This document shows positions 51,005-64,000 of a stretch of DNA of 64,000 nt, in pieces; positions within the stretch are counted from its first letter, which is position 1; every line of letters starts with the position of its first letter. A model generated the notes under the pieces. It saw only the letters and a program-made list of their open reading frames with translations, ran no database searches and was not told the origin of the DNA. Made by a program: the position numbers and the translations under genes. The stretch covers positions 72,837 through 136,836 of the forward strand of contig JABCTZ010000006.1 of assembly GCA_018238155.1 (NCBI GenBank), written 5' to 3'. The DNA is from Candidatus Heimdallarchaeota archaeon. GTDB taxonomy: Archaea; Asgardarchaeota; Heimdallarchaeia; JABLTI01.

Positions 51005-51973
51005 TCATTTTTCGATTATTTTAATGGCAATTGGAAAGTGATCACTGTATCCTTCTTCATTATATTTTTGCTTAGAAGGTCTACCAAATCGTTTTGGTAT
51101 ATTGTAATCTCCTTCTTTCATTCTTTCATATCTGACAATTTCAGCAGGTGCATCTGAGAGAGCAAAATCGCCTTCATCCATTAGAAGACCTCGAGATACC
51201 ATTATTTGATCCAACATTGATGGAAAATTCTGATAATAGTAAGTACCAATACTTTTGCCCATTTCTTCCCACATCAAATTGAATAACCTTGGAGTGGTTT
51301 TTTTGGCTTTAATAACTTTCATCTTGCTGGATGTGCTCAAAGCATAATCAACTAAAGAACGATTGAATGGCTCATCGTTAAAATCACCCATAACGATTAT
51401 TGGAGCCATCTTACCTTTAATTTCATGTATTCGATAATTCCAATAAGCAAGAGTTTCACCGGCAACAATTCGATAAGGTTCGGATTCAAGCACCCCTCCA
51501 CTCCGAGCAGGCCAATGATTGCCGATAACAATAATTTCTTTCCCGCTTTCTTTTATTTTGAAATTCACTTGATAAATGTCTCGAGTAGCAACACGTTTCA
51601 TAATTACATGAGAAAAGTCTAAACCCTTCTCGAAAATATTTCCATCATAGATGAATGCTACATCGATTCCTCTTTTATCTTTGCAATCATGATGAGCAAG
51701 TTGATAATTTCTATCAGAACTATTGATTTTTTCAACAAGTTTCTTCAATACATTATCATTTTCAATTTCACAGACACCGAGTAAATCAGGTCCTTTCTTT
51801 TCATTCATATTTTGAATGATGTCAGCTAGTTGAGCTAATTTCTTATCAAGAACATCTTGAGTCCAACCTTTAAGCTCATTTTTAATTGTTCGTTTCAGTT
51901 TTTCTGATCTTTGCTCATAATCCTCAACATCAAAAAGGTTCTCAACATTCCACCATGCTAAATAATATTCCAT
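51005..51973 (-). CDS. Endonuclease/exonuclease/phosphatase family protein
   Basis: WNVENLFD, GVCEIEN, NHWP, MGDFND, LDQI, YSDHFP. Confidence 0.9.
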   Translation of the reverse strand: MEYYLAWWNVENLFDVEDYEQRSEKLKRTIKNELKGWTQDVLDKKLAQLADIIQNMNEKKGPDLLGVCEIENDNVLKKLVEKINSSDRNYQLAHHDCKDKRGIDVAFIYDGNIFEKGLDFSHVIMKRVATRDIYQVNFKIKESGKEIIVIGNHWPARSGGVLESEPYRIVAGETLAYWNYRIHEIKGKMAPIIVMGDFNDEPFNRSLVDYALSTSSKMKVIKAKKTTPRLFNLMWEEMGKSIGTYYYQNFPSMLDQIMVSRGLLMDEGDFALSDAPAEIVRYERMKEGDYNIPKRFGRPSKQKYNEEGYSDHFPIAIKIIEK

Positions 51974-52286
51974 GTCATTTTAACCTCAAGATTTACGTTT
52001 TATTCCTACAATTAAAATACTAATTAACTGATTTAAGTTTTATGAGAGAAAAAATGGCATAAATGAAACAGAAACTCTTGAAAATGTCACTGAATATATA
52101 GCAAAATTTGTTGATGAGCTTTTTGAATTGGAAAATCATTTGAGATGGGTCTATTTTAGGGTAATTATAAAATTGTATCGAGATAAAGAATGCCCATATG
52201 ATCAAGCGGAATGTCCGTTTTAATTTTTTTTTAAAAATAAAAAAGAACAATAGCTTTGACGCGCTTTGCTATTGTAAATTTGGATA

Positions 52287-52745
52287 TTAGTTAAACCAGA
52301 ATAGAATCATTGCAAGCAATCCTCCTGTTTGGCATAATCCCAAGATAATTCCAATTATTGCTTTACTTCTCTTATAGGGATTGAGAGCACCAACAATACC
52401 AAAAATGATTGCTAATATTCCTCCTAAACCAGGCATGATGAAAAATCCAAGTATAGCAAAAACTACTGCTAATTCTGCAGCTTGATTCTTCCGGAGGGTT
52501 GGGTGTTCACCAACTTGAACATATGTTGTTTGCGTTGCTGCACCATATTGATGACTTGGAGCTGCTCCTAGAAAGGGTTGCTGCTGAACTGGTTGGGGAT
52601 AAGGTTGAGCCGTTTGAGTTTGAAGTGGAGTGCTTGGAGAAGTATTGTTATCTAAACTTGCCCCACAAGACTGACAAAATATATCACCTGTTTTTGATAC
52701 ACTTCCACAATAAGGACAATATGAATCTGACATAAATGATTTCAC
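52287..52745 (-). CDS. Zinc-ribbon, Pro/Gln linker and DUF4190-like TM protein
   Basis: YCPYCG...FCQSCG, C-terminal TMs. Confidence 0.75.
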   Translation of the reverse strand: MKSFMSDSYCPYCGSVSKTGDIFCQSCGASLDNNTSPSTPLQTQTAQPYPQPVQQQPFLGAAPSHQYGAATQTTYVQVGEHPTLRKNQAAELAVVFAILGFFIMPGLGGILAIIFGIVGALNPYKRSKAIIGIILGLCQTGGLLAMILFWFN

Positions 52746-52898
52746 CTAAGAATATAATTTAATATTATCTCATCAACAATATAAACATCAGTATTCAAAC
52801 AAAGGTTTTTATCAATAATAGTAAATTTTCACATAATACTATTCACGAGAGAGAAAACAAATTTTTTTTTACTGCTTTAGCATTTTCAGCTGATTTTG

Positions 52899-53528
52899 TT
52901 ATTCATCTTTTGTTTTATCATCATTAGCTTCTTTTTCTTCTTCATAATTCAAAGAAAATGAATTTGAAACCCACTCTTCTAAGTCTTCATTTTGCTCAGA
53001 TCTAAATGCAGACCCTTCACCGTAATTTTCCTCTCGCCATTTAGCCATAATTTCTGATTTGTCGTTTTCCTCAATTAATTTGCCATTTCTAATTTTCAGT
53101 TCAAAAACAGTTTTATAAGCCATGGGTTTCTTAAATCCCATATGGGCACCCATATCTTCTACAAAATCTTTGGCTATTAGAACTCCTCCTGTGAAATTTA
53201 ATTTCAAAAATAATTCAATATAATAGAATTTGAAAAAGTTTCAATTAGATTCTATACTAGGCTCTTTATTGAAATCGGGTTTACCTAGTACTTTTGGTTG
53301 TTTATCATTTATTTTTCTCTCTTTTTCAAGATTGATAAATAAATTATCAATCACAAGATGATTGTCAATAATATTATAGAATGCTTGAAAGCCACGCCAA
53401 CAACCAGATGAAGTAGAGTAAGGTTCTAAACCATGCTCTTTTGGTGAAAATAATTCACCGCCTCTTACTCCACAAATAGCATATTCTTCCTCTTTGAAGA
53501 AAAATTTATCAGAAATTTGAATTGTCAT
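52899..53528 (-). pseudogene. Hypothetical protein with one in-frame TGA at 53241-53243
   Basis: ORFs 53241-53528 and 52899-53207 are in the same frame, joined by 11 sense codons. Confidence 0.7.
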
Positions 53529-53757
53529 TTGTGTATCTCAAGATGTTTCTATTATTTAGAAATAAATTCTTTCTGTTCTGTCTAGTAAAAGAGTTTTGCT
53601 AATTAATTCCTTTTTACATGCTTCAACTAGAATTAGTATTCTCATTTCGAATGAAAAAATACACAATAATATAGATATTATTAACTCAAAGACGTTTCTT
53701 AAACAAATTGAGCAATGTTAAAAAAAATGAATAAAAGAAAGAATCGTATTGAGAATG

Positions 53758-54234
53758 TTAAGGCATATAACTGAAGGATGCAAATAATACTATTACTACT
53801 ATAATTGCTATGATACTCAATATGATACCAATTGCAGATAGTATCAAACCTCCTATTGCTACTCCTTTACTAGGTTTTCCCATTCCAATGACACCTGTTA
53901 TCAAACCAGCAATGAAAAATATTGGGGATAAAAAAGGGAAAATAAAAATTGAAATAAAACCAATAAATGACACTATTAGTGATATTATTCCAAGTGAATT
54001 TGTTTGATTCTCAGTTTTATTAGGTTGAACATAAATAGTCTTAGCACTTGCTCCATATTGATGTGTTGTTGTTTTTGGAGGAGGAGGGTACTGCTGTTGA
54101 GTGGATTGTTGTGATGATAAGGTCTGACTTTGAGCTGGATCAGTTTTTTCCAAAAGGTTTGCACCACAACTATTGCAAAACTCATCTCCAATTTTCATCA
54201 CGCTACCACAGAAAGGACAATAATTATCTGACAT
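53758..54234 (-). CDS. Zinc-ribbon, Pro/Gln linker and DUF4190-like TM protein (paralog of 52287-52745)
   Basis: MSD.YCP.CGSV.K.GD.FC.SCGA and HQYGA shared. Confidence 0.75.
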   Translation of the reverse strand: MSDNYCPFCGSVMKIGDEFCNSCGANLLEKTDPAQSQTLSSQQSTQQQYPPPPKTTTHQYGASAKTIYVQPNKTENQTNSLGIISLIVSFIGFISIFIFPFLSPIFFIAGLITGVIGMGKPSKGVAIGGLILSAIGIILSIIAIIVVIVLFASFSYMP

Positions 54235-54492
54235 TTATAAATCGCCATTTTCTATTATAATATTATCGTCTCATTATAGGATATAAATTCTTTTGTGGTA
54301 TTAATTTTCTGATTGTAAATGAATGGATTTCCTCTCAAAATTAATGATACATCTTGTTCTGAAAGTAATGGTAATTTTATATAAAATTCAAGCAGAAATT
54401 CTCCAAAGAAGCTACATAATGCGTTCTCCCTAATCTTTATTTAGTGTGAAGTTTAAGAAATAAGGAACTTGCAAAGATGAAAGGTTTTAAAG

Positions 54493-54744
54493 ATGCGTCC
54501 CCCTGAATGTGCAATTTGTGGAAATGATTTTGAACCAGGAGAAAAAGGTGGAGTTTTACATTTTAAAAAACGATTTTCAGATTATGTTTGGGAGAGAAAA
54601 ATGAAGAGAATAAATGGTGTAGGGCATCCTCCATTTGCTGATTGGTTCTGTGAAAAACATTTCTCTAGAGCAAAACAGCTCTTGAGTTTGACGATCAATA
54701 AAGCGATGAAGATTCTAAGAGAAGAGGAAGAAGAAAAGAAATAA
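54493..54744 (+). CDS. Small Zn-finger-like protein
   Basis: MRPPECAIC...WFCEKH. Confidence 0.65.
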   Translation: MRPPECAICGNDFEPGEKGGVLHFKKRFSDYVWERKMKRINGVGHPPFADWFCEKHFSRAKQLLSLTINKAMKILREEEEEKK

Positions 54745-54758
54745 AGTAAATAAAAAAA

Positions 54759-57182
54759 CTAAATGATTGACTCTTTCGAATATTCACTTTTTTCTTTTCG
54801 CTCATTAATCATAGGTGCAATTCTTAGCACCAAAGTATCATCTTTTTTAATTTTGAAATTGATTCCTGTTCTCTGAAGCTTTTCAAGGGTTGTTTCTTCA
54901 GTATCAATTTCTGAATTACTATGCTTGTAAATAATTTCTACATTCAGATCAGTTTTCTTAGGTAAACGAGTTTTAGCTGGGATGAGTACTCTAAAATTCC
55001 CTTCTTTCTTCTTGCCACGATTTAAGAGAAACACGAACAAGGATTTCTTTTCTTTATTGAATCGGCAAACAATTTCTATCTCTACATCTGAATTGAAAGT
55101 TTTATGCACATTATGTAAGGCTAACATATCTTCTAGAAATTCTCTATTTTGTTGTTTGGTTTTCTTGGAATCGCGATAGAAACTATCAATGGTATATCTG
55201 GCTCCAAGTGGGGTACCAAAAACAGTATTTGTTCCTTTTCCAATAGAATTTCGATAGGCAATTACTTTATCATTTAACTTCAAAACAGGAACAACATTAC
55301 CACTTTGCCACATAAACTCTCGAGCAATATAATCAATACGCAGCTTTTTACCATATTCGGTGTTTGCTGTTGTACCCCATGGCTTCCAATTGCGAAGAAC
55401 GTTTTCTCGTTCAGTCATTCTCAAATGATAAAGTGCATTTTGATTATAGTTCTTTAGAATCCCTTTTTGTAATTGAAACGTCACATAGGATCGAATTACG
55501 CGCATAATAATCGCATGTTTGCCAAAGACTTTCTGATTAATGACAACTGCCGGATAGAGTTTTTGAGTATTAAGAGGGAAACCGAGCTCGTTCATAACAG
55601 GAAAGTTTGGTCCTGTAACTAAATTTCCGCCGCTTTTAACATAGTCAACAAGCTTGGTGTAATCTGCTTTGACGATTGCACCTCGATTATGGAAGAAAAT
55701 TGTCCGCAATTTCTTCATCTTTTTTAGAGCAATTCGCTCGAGAGCAATTGGAAGGGGATTATACCCATTAGCAAATAGCATTCCAAGAATACCGTGTTCT
55801 GCTTGCATAATGATTTTTTTCATCGGCTTGAAAATCTTGCCTGTTGGATCGAGATCACCAGGGATAATGCGGTGATTCATTGCATAAGTGGCAAAACCAA
55901 TTTCATCATAAATTTCTTCAGAAAGAGTTAATTCTTCCTCGTATTTTTCAACAAACTCGAAAACGCCTTGCACTGCTTCAAATCTTGGAAGCTTTTTGCT
56001 TTTATGATTTAACATTGAACGATAGAGATACTTTTCACCATCGATATCTATTCCATCTCGAACGACATACATACTGATACCTTTGGCTCCATGAGCAATA
56101 GAACCCAACATTAACTGAACAGTTTCTTCAATTTTAACATTGACACGAGGGTCAAACCAACCACAACCCATTTCAGAAGCAAATAATGCTTGATATTCCG
56201 GCTGGAGATACCCTTTGAAAATGGTGGGAGTAATTGAATTAGCAAAAGGACTGTCTTGAGTTGCACTTGTAAGAGCACTTTTAGCAGAAACATTGTACCC
56301 ATAAATTTCTACTATTTGGGATTTCTTGTGAGGGTTAGATGGGTTGAAAAAATTACTTTGTTCATTAATAGCAAAAAGCAATGGGATATCTAATTCTAAA
56401 ACTAGATCTCGTAATGTTTCAAGATATTCCACGATCCAGTCCTCAAAGAATGATTGCCAAATCATTGATTTAGCCACGTTTAAACCATCTTTTGGCGGTG
56501 TTACATCTTCAAAACAAAGATAACTTTCGACACAGTAAACGCTTAAGGTTTGAGGGTCACCAAAGATTTTTTCTAACCAATTATGGAATTGTTCTACTGT
56601 TTCTTCGTTGAAATCAATACGACCAAGATTGGCATTATACATTAAACCCGTTTCATTATCTAGTTGAAAAATGATAATGGGGTTTTCAAAGAAATCGCGA
56701 ATTGCAGTAGCAAGTGTTTCATACCATTTGCGAACTAAAAAGAGATATTTTGGATGATTAAGACTGATATTATAATAATAATTTTCCTTATCCATAGTTC
56801 CATCCACTTTTCGGACAACAACTTCAGGGTAAAGTTCACCAACCCAGAGAGGGATGCCAAAACCACGGTACTCGGAATAAATAAAGGGACCAGGTCGAAG
56901 AATGACTGGAAGCTCAAGATTTCGACAGATCTCAAGAAACAAAACGATGTTTCGTCTTGGATGAGTTTTGCCTTTAAAATCAAAGGCATCCTTGTAAATT
57001 TCATGAAAAATCCAAGGAATATATGTAGAGATACAATTTAATCTCCCTTCTTCCTTTAATAAACGCAAATCACTCTCCCAATGTTGAGGATCAACTCTAA
57101 AATAATGATATTCACCTGATCTGAGAAAGACTTCTTCGCCATTCAATTGGAAACGACCGTCAAAGGAAGTTAATTGGTACAC
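54759..57182 (-). CDS. Beta-galactosidase (GH35/GH42-like)
   Basis: SGEYHYFR, TYIPW.FHE, RPGPFI.SE, QLDNE, ASE. Confidence 0.85.
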   Translation of the reverse strand: MYQLTSFDGRFQLNGEEVFLRSGEYHYFRVDPQHWESDLRLLKEEGRLNCISTYIPWIFHEIYKDAFDFKGKTHPRRNIVLFLEICRNLELPVILRPGPFIYSEYRGFGIPLWVGELYPEVVVRKVDGTMDKENYYYNISLNHPKYLFLVRKWYETLATAIRDFFENPIIIFQLDNETGLMYNANLGRIDFNEETVEQFHNWLEKIFGDPQTLSVYCVESYLCFEDVTPPKDGLNVAKSMIWQSFFEDWIVEYLETLRDLVLELDIPLLFAINEQSNFFNPSNPHKKSQIVEIYGYNVSAKSALTSATQDSPFANSITPTIFKGYLQPEYQALFASEMGCGWFDPRVNVKIEETVQLMLGSIAHGAKGISMYVVRDGIDIDGEKYLYRSMLNHKSKKLPRFEAVQGVFEFVEKYEEELTLSEEIYDEIGFATYAMNHRIIPGDLDPTGKIFKPMKKIIMQAEHGILGMLFANGYNPLPIALERIALKKMKKLRTIFFHNRGAIVKADYTKLVDYVKSGGNLVTGPNFPVMNELGFPLNTQKLYPAVVINQKVFGKHAIIMRVIRSYVTFQLQKGILKNYNQNALYHLRMTERENVLRNWKPWGTTANTEYGKKLRIDYIAREFMWQSGNVVPVLKLNDKVIAYRNSIGKGTNTVFGTPLGARYTIDSFYRDSKKTKQQNREFLEDMLALHNVHKTFNSDVEIEIVCRFNKEKKSLFVFLLNRGKKKEGNFRVLIPAKTRLPKKTDLNVEIIYKHSNSEIDTEETTLEKLQRTGINFKIKKDDTLVLRIAPMINERKEKSEYSKESII

Positions 57183-57619
57183 TAAGTTGATACCTCCGAA
57201 TAAGCACTAAAGGAAAAAGGATTCTACTATATGAATCTTAACTCTAGCTGCAATATACAAATAAACTGCTCGAAGTAATGACATAAAAGTATTATCATTA
57301 AAAGAGACTCAGAAACAAACAGTGAAATAGATGAACAGAAAAAGAAATAAGCAGCAAATGCTAGCAAACACTAACTTTTACTCGAGATAAATTTCAGAAA
57401 TATAGTAATAAATAGACATGAATTGGTTGTTTAAGATGAACTAGACTGAAAAAGTACATTAGAGTCAAAATTGACTTTAAAATTAATTTAAACAAGGCAT
57501 ATCATTAATTACATGCTGAAAAGTTTTGATAATAAAGATGGGCATTGAAAAGCTAGTTTTATTACTGAGTAAACATTGTATTATATTATGATTTTCAAAA
57601 AAAACACTGAGGATAGATT

Positions 57620-58276
57620 TTGCGTAGAATTAGAAATAAAATATCCAGACAAGTAAGACGAGGGAGAAGACCATATAATGATTATGAATCAGATTCTTTT
57701 TGGCATAAATCGTTAGCATATAAAATAGGCATAATTGCTATCATCATTTTAACTCTTATCGGTCCAATAATAACTATAATCACAGCTTTGCTATCCCTGT
57801 TAAAAGAACACTCTGAAATGAGAGTTATCGTCCTTTTGGTTATTTCCGTTGTGGTCATGCTTATTGGGATATTTACAATGCTTTATCTAACAACTCGAAA
57901 TAGAAAGAAAAGGAAAAGAAGAAGAGAAATAAGAGAAGCAGGTTTGGATCGATTGGAGGATGGCGAGGAAGCGATAACCGTAGAAGAATTCGAAAAACGT
58001 TATTCACAAAGACAAGTAGCACAAATGGTAGAAAGGAGACCTGTGTTAGAAATATTGAATGAAATACCATTAAATGAGTTGTTGTTAGGAAAGATGGTTT
58101 TCAAAGGAAAAATACTAAAAGAAGATAAATGTGCCATTTGCAAATTGAGTGTCAAGAAAAGTCAGAATATAGTCCAATGCCCAAAGTGTCTAAATCTATT
58201 TCATTATGAACATCTAAATTCTTGGTTTAAGAATAACAAAAAATGCCCTGTATGTGGTGAAATAAAGGAAATATGA
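57620..58276 (+). CDS. 2-TM protein with C-terminal RING-like zinc finger
   Basis: CAIC...QCPKC...FHYEHL..W......CPVC. Confidence 0.8.
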   Translation: MRRIRNKISRQVRRGRRPYNDYESDSFWHKSLAYKIGIIAIIILTLIGPIITIITALLSLLKEHSEMRVIVLLVISVVVMLIGIFTMLYLTTRNRKKRKRRREIREAGLDRLEDGEEAITVEEFEKRYSQRQVAQMVERRPVLEILNEIPLNELLLGKMVFKGKILKEDKCAICKLSVKKSQNIVQCPKCLNLFHYEHLNSWFKNNKKCPVCGEIKEI

Positions 58277-58332
58277 ATCATCATTATACTTGCAAAACAC
58301 CATTAGAAAAAGAAGAAAAAATCAGCAAACCA

Positions 58333-58641
58333 TTAATAACTGCGGCGGAAATCCCTGGTAGCAGAAACACCACGGTGGGTTTCTTTCAATTGTTTTTCAA
58401 TTAAACGACCATAAGGGCTAATGAGGACACTACCAACAATAAGATGGGTGCGGTCATTTTTAGAGAGACCATCTTCATTAAATAGATACTCAAAAGAAGC
58501 AGAGATGCTACCATCATGCAATTCCTTCATTTCCATGATCGTGAGCTCCTCGAGCTCATATTCAAGCTTCAAGGGGTCAGCCCAACCAGTTTCATCGTGG
58601 ATATACCGAAGGATGACTTTCTTGGCTTCTTCGAAATTAAT
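58333..58641 (-). CDS. Hypothetical protein, probable ATT start
   Basis: GGAGG 7 nt before an in-frame ATT at 58641, extending ORF 58333-58572 (INFEEAKKVILRY...). Confidence 0.5.
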   Translation of the reverse strand: MNFEEAKKVILRYIHDETGWADPLKLEYELEELTIMEMKELHDGSISASFEYLFNEDGLSKNDRTHLIVGSVLISPYGRLIEKQLKETHRGVSATRDFRRSY

Positions 58642-58951
58642 AGTGATTCCTCCAACAATTAATATTAGTTATGAATGATTATAATTTTATCCCATAAACA
58701 AACTAGTTGATAAATGATTTGTGACAAAAAAAGACCCATTGAAATAATAATTATTGGTTAGGAACAGAAAGGGAAATAAATACAAAGTGAAGAATAATGA
58801 TTAGTTAGCTTATTAAGTCTAGAGAAACAAATTTGTATAACAGGAAAATTAGGGAAAGAAAGAATTCTTATTGGGATAAACTTTAGCTGAACATAATAAA
58901 GATCGTTTTTGGAAAGATAAATATGAATCAATTCGAAAAAAACCTTTAGCA

Positions 58952-59536
58952 TTGAAAGTAGTAATTATCATGGCATTTCTAGTACTATTTGTAGGGATTG
59001 TTGGAACACTCATCTCATTACTTGTATTTGGTATAATTAATAATTCAAACGGAATGGTGATGATTATTATGCTACTTGTATTTTTAATACCAGTAGGTAT
59101 TGGGACAATGATTTTTTTTATCCTTGAAATGATGGGTGGAATAGATCAAAATAGTAGAAAAGAACGAAAAAGACGAAAGCAAATAAGAGATGCCGGATTG
59201 GACCAATTAGAGGAAGGAGAGCAGGCAATATCTCCTGAAGAGTTTGAAGAAAAATATAACCAAAGGCAGACAATGAGACAAAATAATGAAAGAAGAAGAC
59301 CGGCAATAGCCATACTGAATGAAAGACCATCAAATGAAACAATGCTGAAGAAAATGACCTTCAAAGGAAAAATAACCGGGGAGAAATGTTCGATATGTAA
59401 ATTAGATCTGAGGAAAAAACAGCGAATTGTTCAATGCCCGTATTGTTATGCGCTGTTTCATTATGATCATTTGTATAATTGGTTGGAAAAAAATAACAAT
59501 TGCCCGGTATGTAGTAAAGAAATAGTAGAAGAATGA
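58952..59536 (+). CDS. 2-TM protein with C-terminal RING-like zinc finger
   Basis: CSIC...QCPYC...FHYDHL..W......CPVC; shares IR.AGLD.LE.GE.AI..EEFE..Y.QRQ with 57620. Confidence 0.8.
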   Translation: MKVVIIMAFLVLFVGIVGTLISLLVFGIINNSNGMVMIIMLLVFLIPVGIGTMIFFILEMMGGIDQNSRKERKRRKQIRDAGLDQLEEGEQAISPEEFEEKYNQRQTMRQNNERRRPAIAILNERPSNETMLKKMTFKGKITGEKCSICKLDLRKKQRIVQCPYCYALFHYDHLYNWLEKNNNCPVCSKEIVEE

Positions 59537-59567
59537 TTGCCTGTATGTAGAAAGAAGAGGAATTGAA

Positions 59568-60164
59568 ATGGCGAGAAAAATAAAACCAGAAATAGCAAAA
59601 AAGATGATGCAAGCTTTTGCTCTATTTATTTTTGTTTTTGGATTAGTGTTGTTGTTGGTTGTGACAAAAATATTTCCTGGCGATGAAAGAGAGGATTTTA
59701 ATTATACTCTCGCAATTGTGCTTCTGGGAAGTTTTACTATATGTTCAATTGTAGGTTTGATTGTCTCGTTCGTTATTTACTTGGAAAAAAAGAACGCGTT
59801 TGCAGAAGAAAGAGGAAGAAGATTACAAAGAGCAAATGACCGACAATTAGCAAATCTATTACTTGAAACAGATCTATTAATTAACGATAGTAGACGAGAA
59901 AGATCGGGAGCGGAGAAAAAAACATCCACTTTAAAAACGAAGAGAGAATACAATATAACGAATTACTATGGAGACGATAAAAACAAAAAATGTTCAATAT
60001 GTAAATTAGAGCTAAGAAAGAGACAACAAAAAGTACAATGTAATAAATGTTTGAGTATCTTTCATAAAGAACATTTGGAAGATTGGTTGGAAAACAAGGA
60101 TTCTTGTCCAGTGTGTAACGAGAACATAGTGGATATAGTCGCAATTGTGAAAGAAAGTAATTAA
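59568..60164 (+). CDS. 2-TM protein with C-terminal RING-like zinc finger
   Basis: CSIC...QCNKC...FHKEHL..W......CPVC. Confidence 0.8.
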   Translation: MARKIKPEIAKKMMQAFALFIFVFGLVLLLVVTKIFPGDEREDFNYTLAIVLLGSFTICSIVGLIVSFVIYLEKKNAFAEERGRRLQRANDRQLANLLLETDLLINDSRRERSGAEKKTSTLKTKREYNITNYYGDDKNKKCSICKLELRKRQQKVQCNKCLSIFHKEHLEDWLENKDSCPVCNENIVDIVAIVKESN

Positions 60165-60176
60165 CAAAGAACAAAA

Positions 60177-60446
60177 GTGGTATGGTATGCTATGATTGAA
60201 CAAGAATCAGAACAACCGGAACAAGAAAAACCATGGGAAAAAAGAGAAGAATCGCTGAAAACAAGAATAGCATTCTTTGTTGGGGGGTCAATTGCAACAA
60301 TAATCCTAGTAGTAGCGCTATTTGCAAATAATTATCACTCAACAGAATTCATAAAAACAATTAGCATCGTAGGAGGGTTAATTCTCCTGTCTGCAATAAT
60401 AATAGTAGTGGCAATAAAAGTACAAAGAAAGAAAAAAGAAATTTAA
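60177..60446 (+). CDS. Small 2-TM membrane protein
   Basis: Two hydrophobic helices and a basic tail. Confidence 0.6.
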   Translation: MVWYAMIEQESEQPEQEKPWEKREESLKTRIAFFVGGSIATIILVVALFANNYHSTEFIKTISIVGGLILLSAIIIVVAIKVQRKKKEI

Positions 60447-60920
60447 GGATAGTTTTTCTCAAAAATATTGGTGTTGTTTTTATAGCAAAAAACTTACCTG
60501 AATAATCTGTCATAAATCGATCCAAACAAGAATTTGTTTTAGTTGATGGGAAAAGAACATGAAGAGTATATACAAGAACTTGAAAAAGAAACTGAAGAAA
60601 AACCGGTAACAAAATAAGCTAACTTTCCTTCTATTTTATAGTAAAATAAACGGCAAGTATTTTTCAAAATAACTCTTTAACATAGTTAAGTTAAAAGAAT
60701 CATAACAAAATCAAAGAAATTAACACTTACCAGTGCCAAAAAAGGTTAAATAGAAAAAAGAGTACTATTAACTTTACCGAGGTATTTTGAGTCAAGCGAA
60801 AAGAGAAATACTCTCCTAGTAGGAAGACTTAAAATGCTCAAGTAAAAGAACAAACCGCTCTGATAGAGCACAATACTGAACAAAAACAAAACGACACGGA
60901 ATATCTTTCCTATCGCAATG

Positions 60921-60929
60921 TTTTTATAA
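60921..60929 (+). promoter_or_regulatory. Candidate TATA box for the 23S transcript
   Basis: tttttataa at the edge of a higher-GC leader, about 280 nt before 23S. Confidence 0.35.
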
Positions 60930-61204
60930 TGAATAATTCAGTAAACGAATCCGCGAGAAATGCGCAACAACAGCAATTGTTGAGCGGATCAACGCGCATA
61001 TTTACGATAATTGATTAAATTATTGATGCGCTTGGCGAGACAGTGAAGCTCGCTGAGTAAGAGGTAAAAAATGTGACCACCGGCGCATCGGTATGGGAAT
61101 AATGAAGAATCATTGCTCTCAAATCGAACGCTAAATAAGACGTCCTTTTTTACCGTAGATGGTCTCACTTCTTCAAGTGAAATCTAGATCTCCATAGTAG
61201 GTTC

Positions 61205-64000
<2,796 letters not shown>

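Noticed and set aside
2708-53528. TGA recoding (Sec or Trp) suggested by in-frame TGA in the relE, HEAT and 52899-53528 genes
   Set aside because: Many intact genes end in TGA, the HEAT gene also has a TAG, and the positions are not evident catalytic Cys sites; pseudogenisation is simpler

Overview
AT-rich archaeal DNA, most likely from an Asgard archaeon (probably Heimdallarchaeia). This is inferred from the archaeal 23S rRNA, a longin-like domain, TM-RING proteins and many C-terminally anchored surface proteins. Left end (1-8.2 kb): an accessory region with an SBBP propeller gene, a secreted caspase-like protease, an orphan copy of the last 23 nt of 16S rRNA, and four toxin-antitoxin modules plus two LVIVD-like genes separated by attC-like repeats (integron-cassette-like, no integrase in view). 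Middle: a fused 1461-aa PlsA/Ger-type protein, and a second, three-gene version of the same system next to plsY, degV and a PLAT-domain gene. Together these suggest a bacterial-type fatty-acyl ester/ether lipid module in an archaeon. There is also an 1845-aa FG-GAP/Ig/TM surface protein with a cytoplasmic longin-like domain. Right end: three membrane-anchored RING-like genes and an unlinked 23S rRNA gene (running off the window) that carries a 71-nt bulge-helix-bulge intron in helix 89. All calls come from motif reading by eye; no searches were run.
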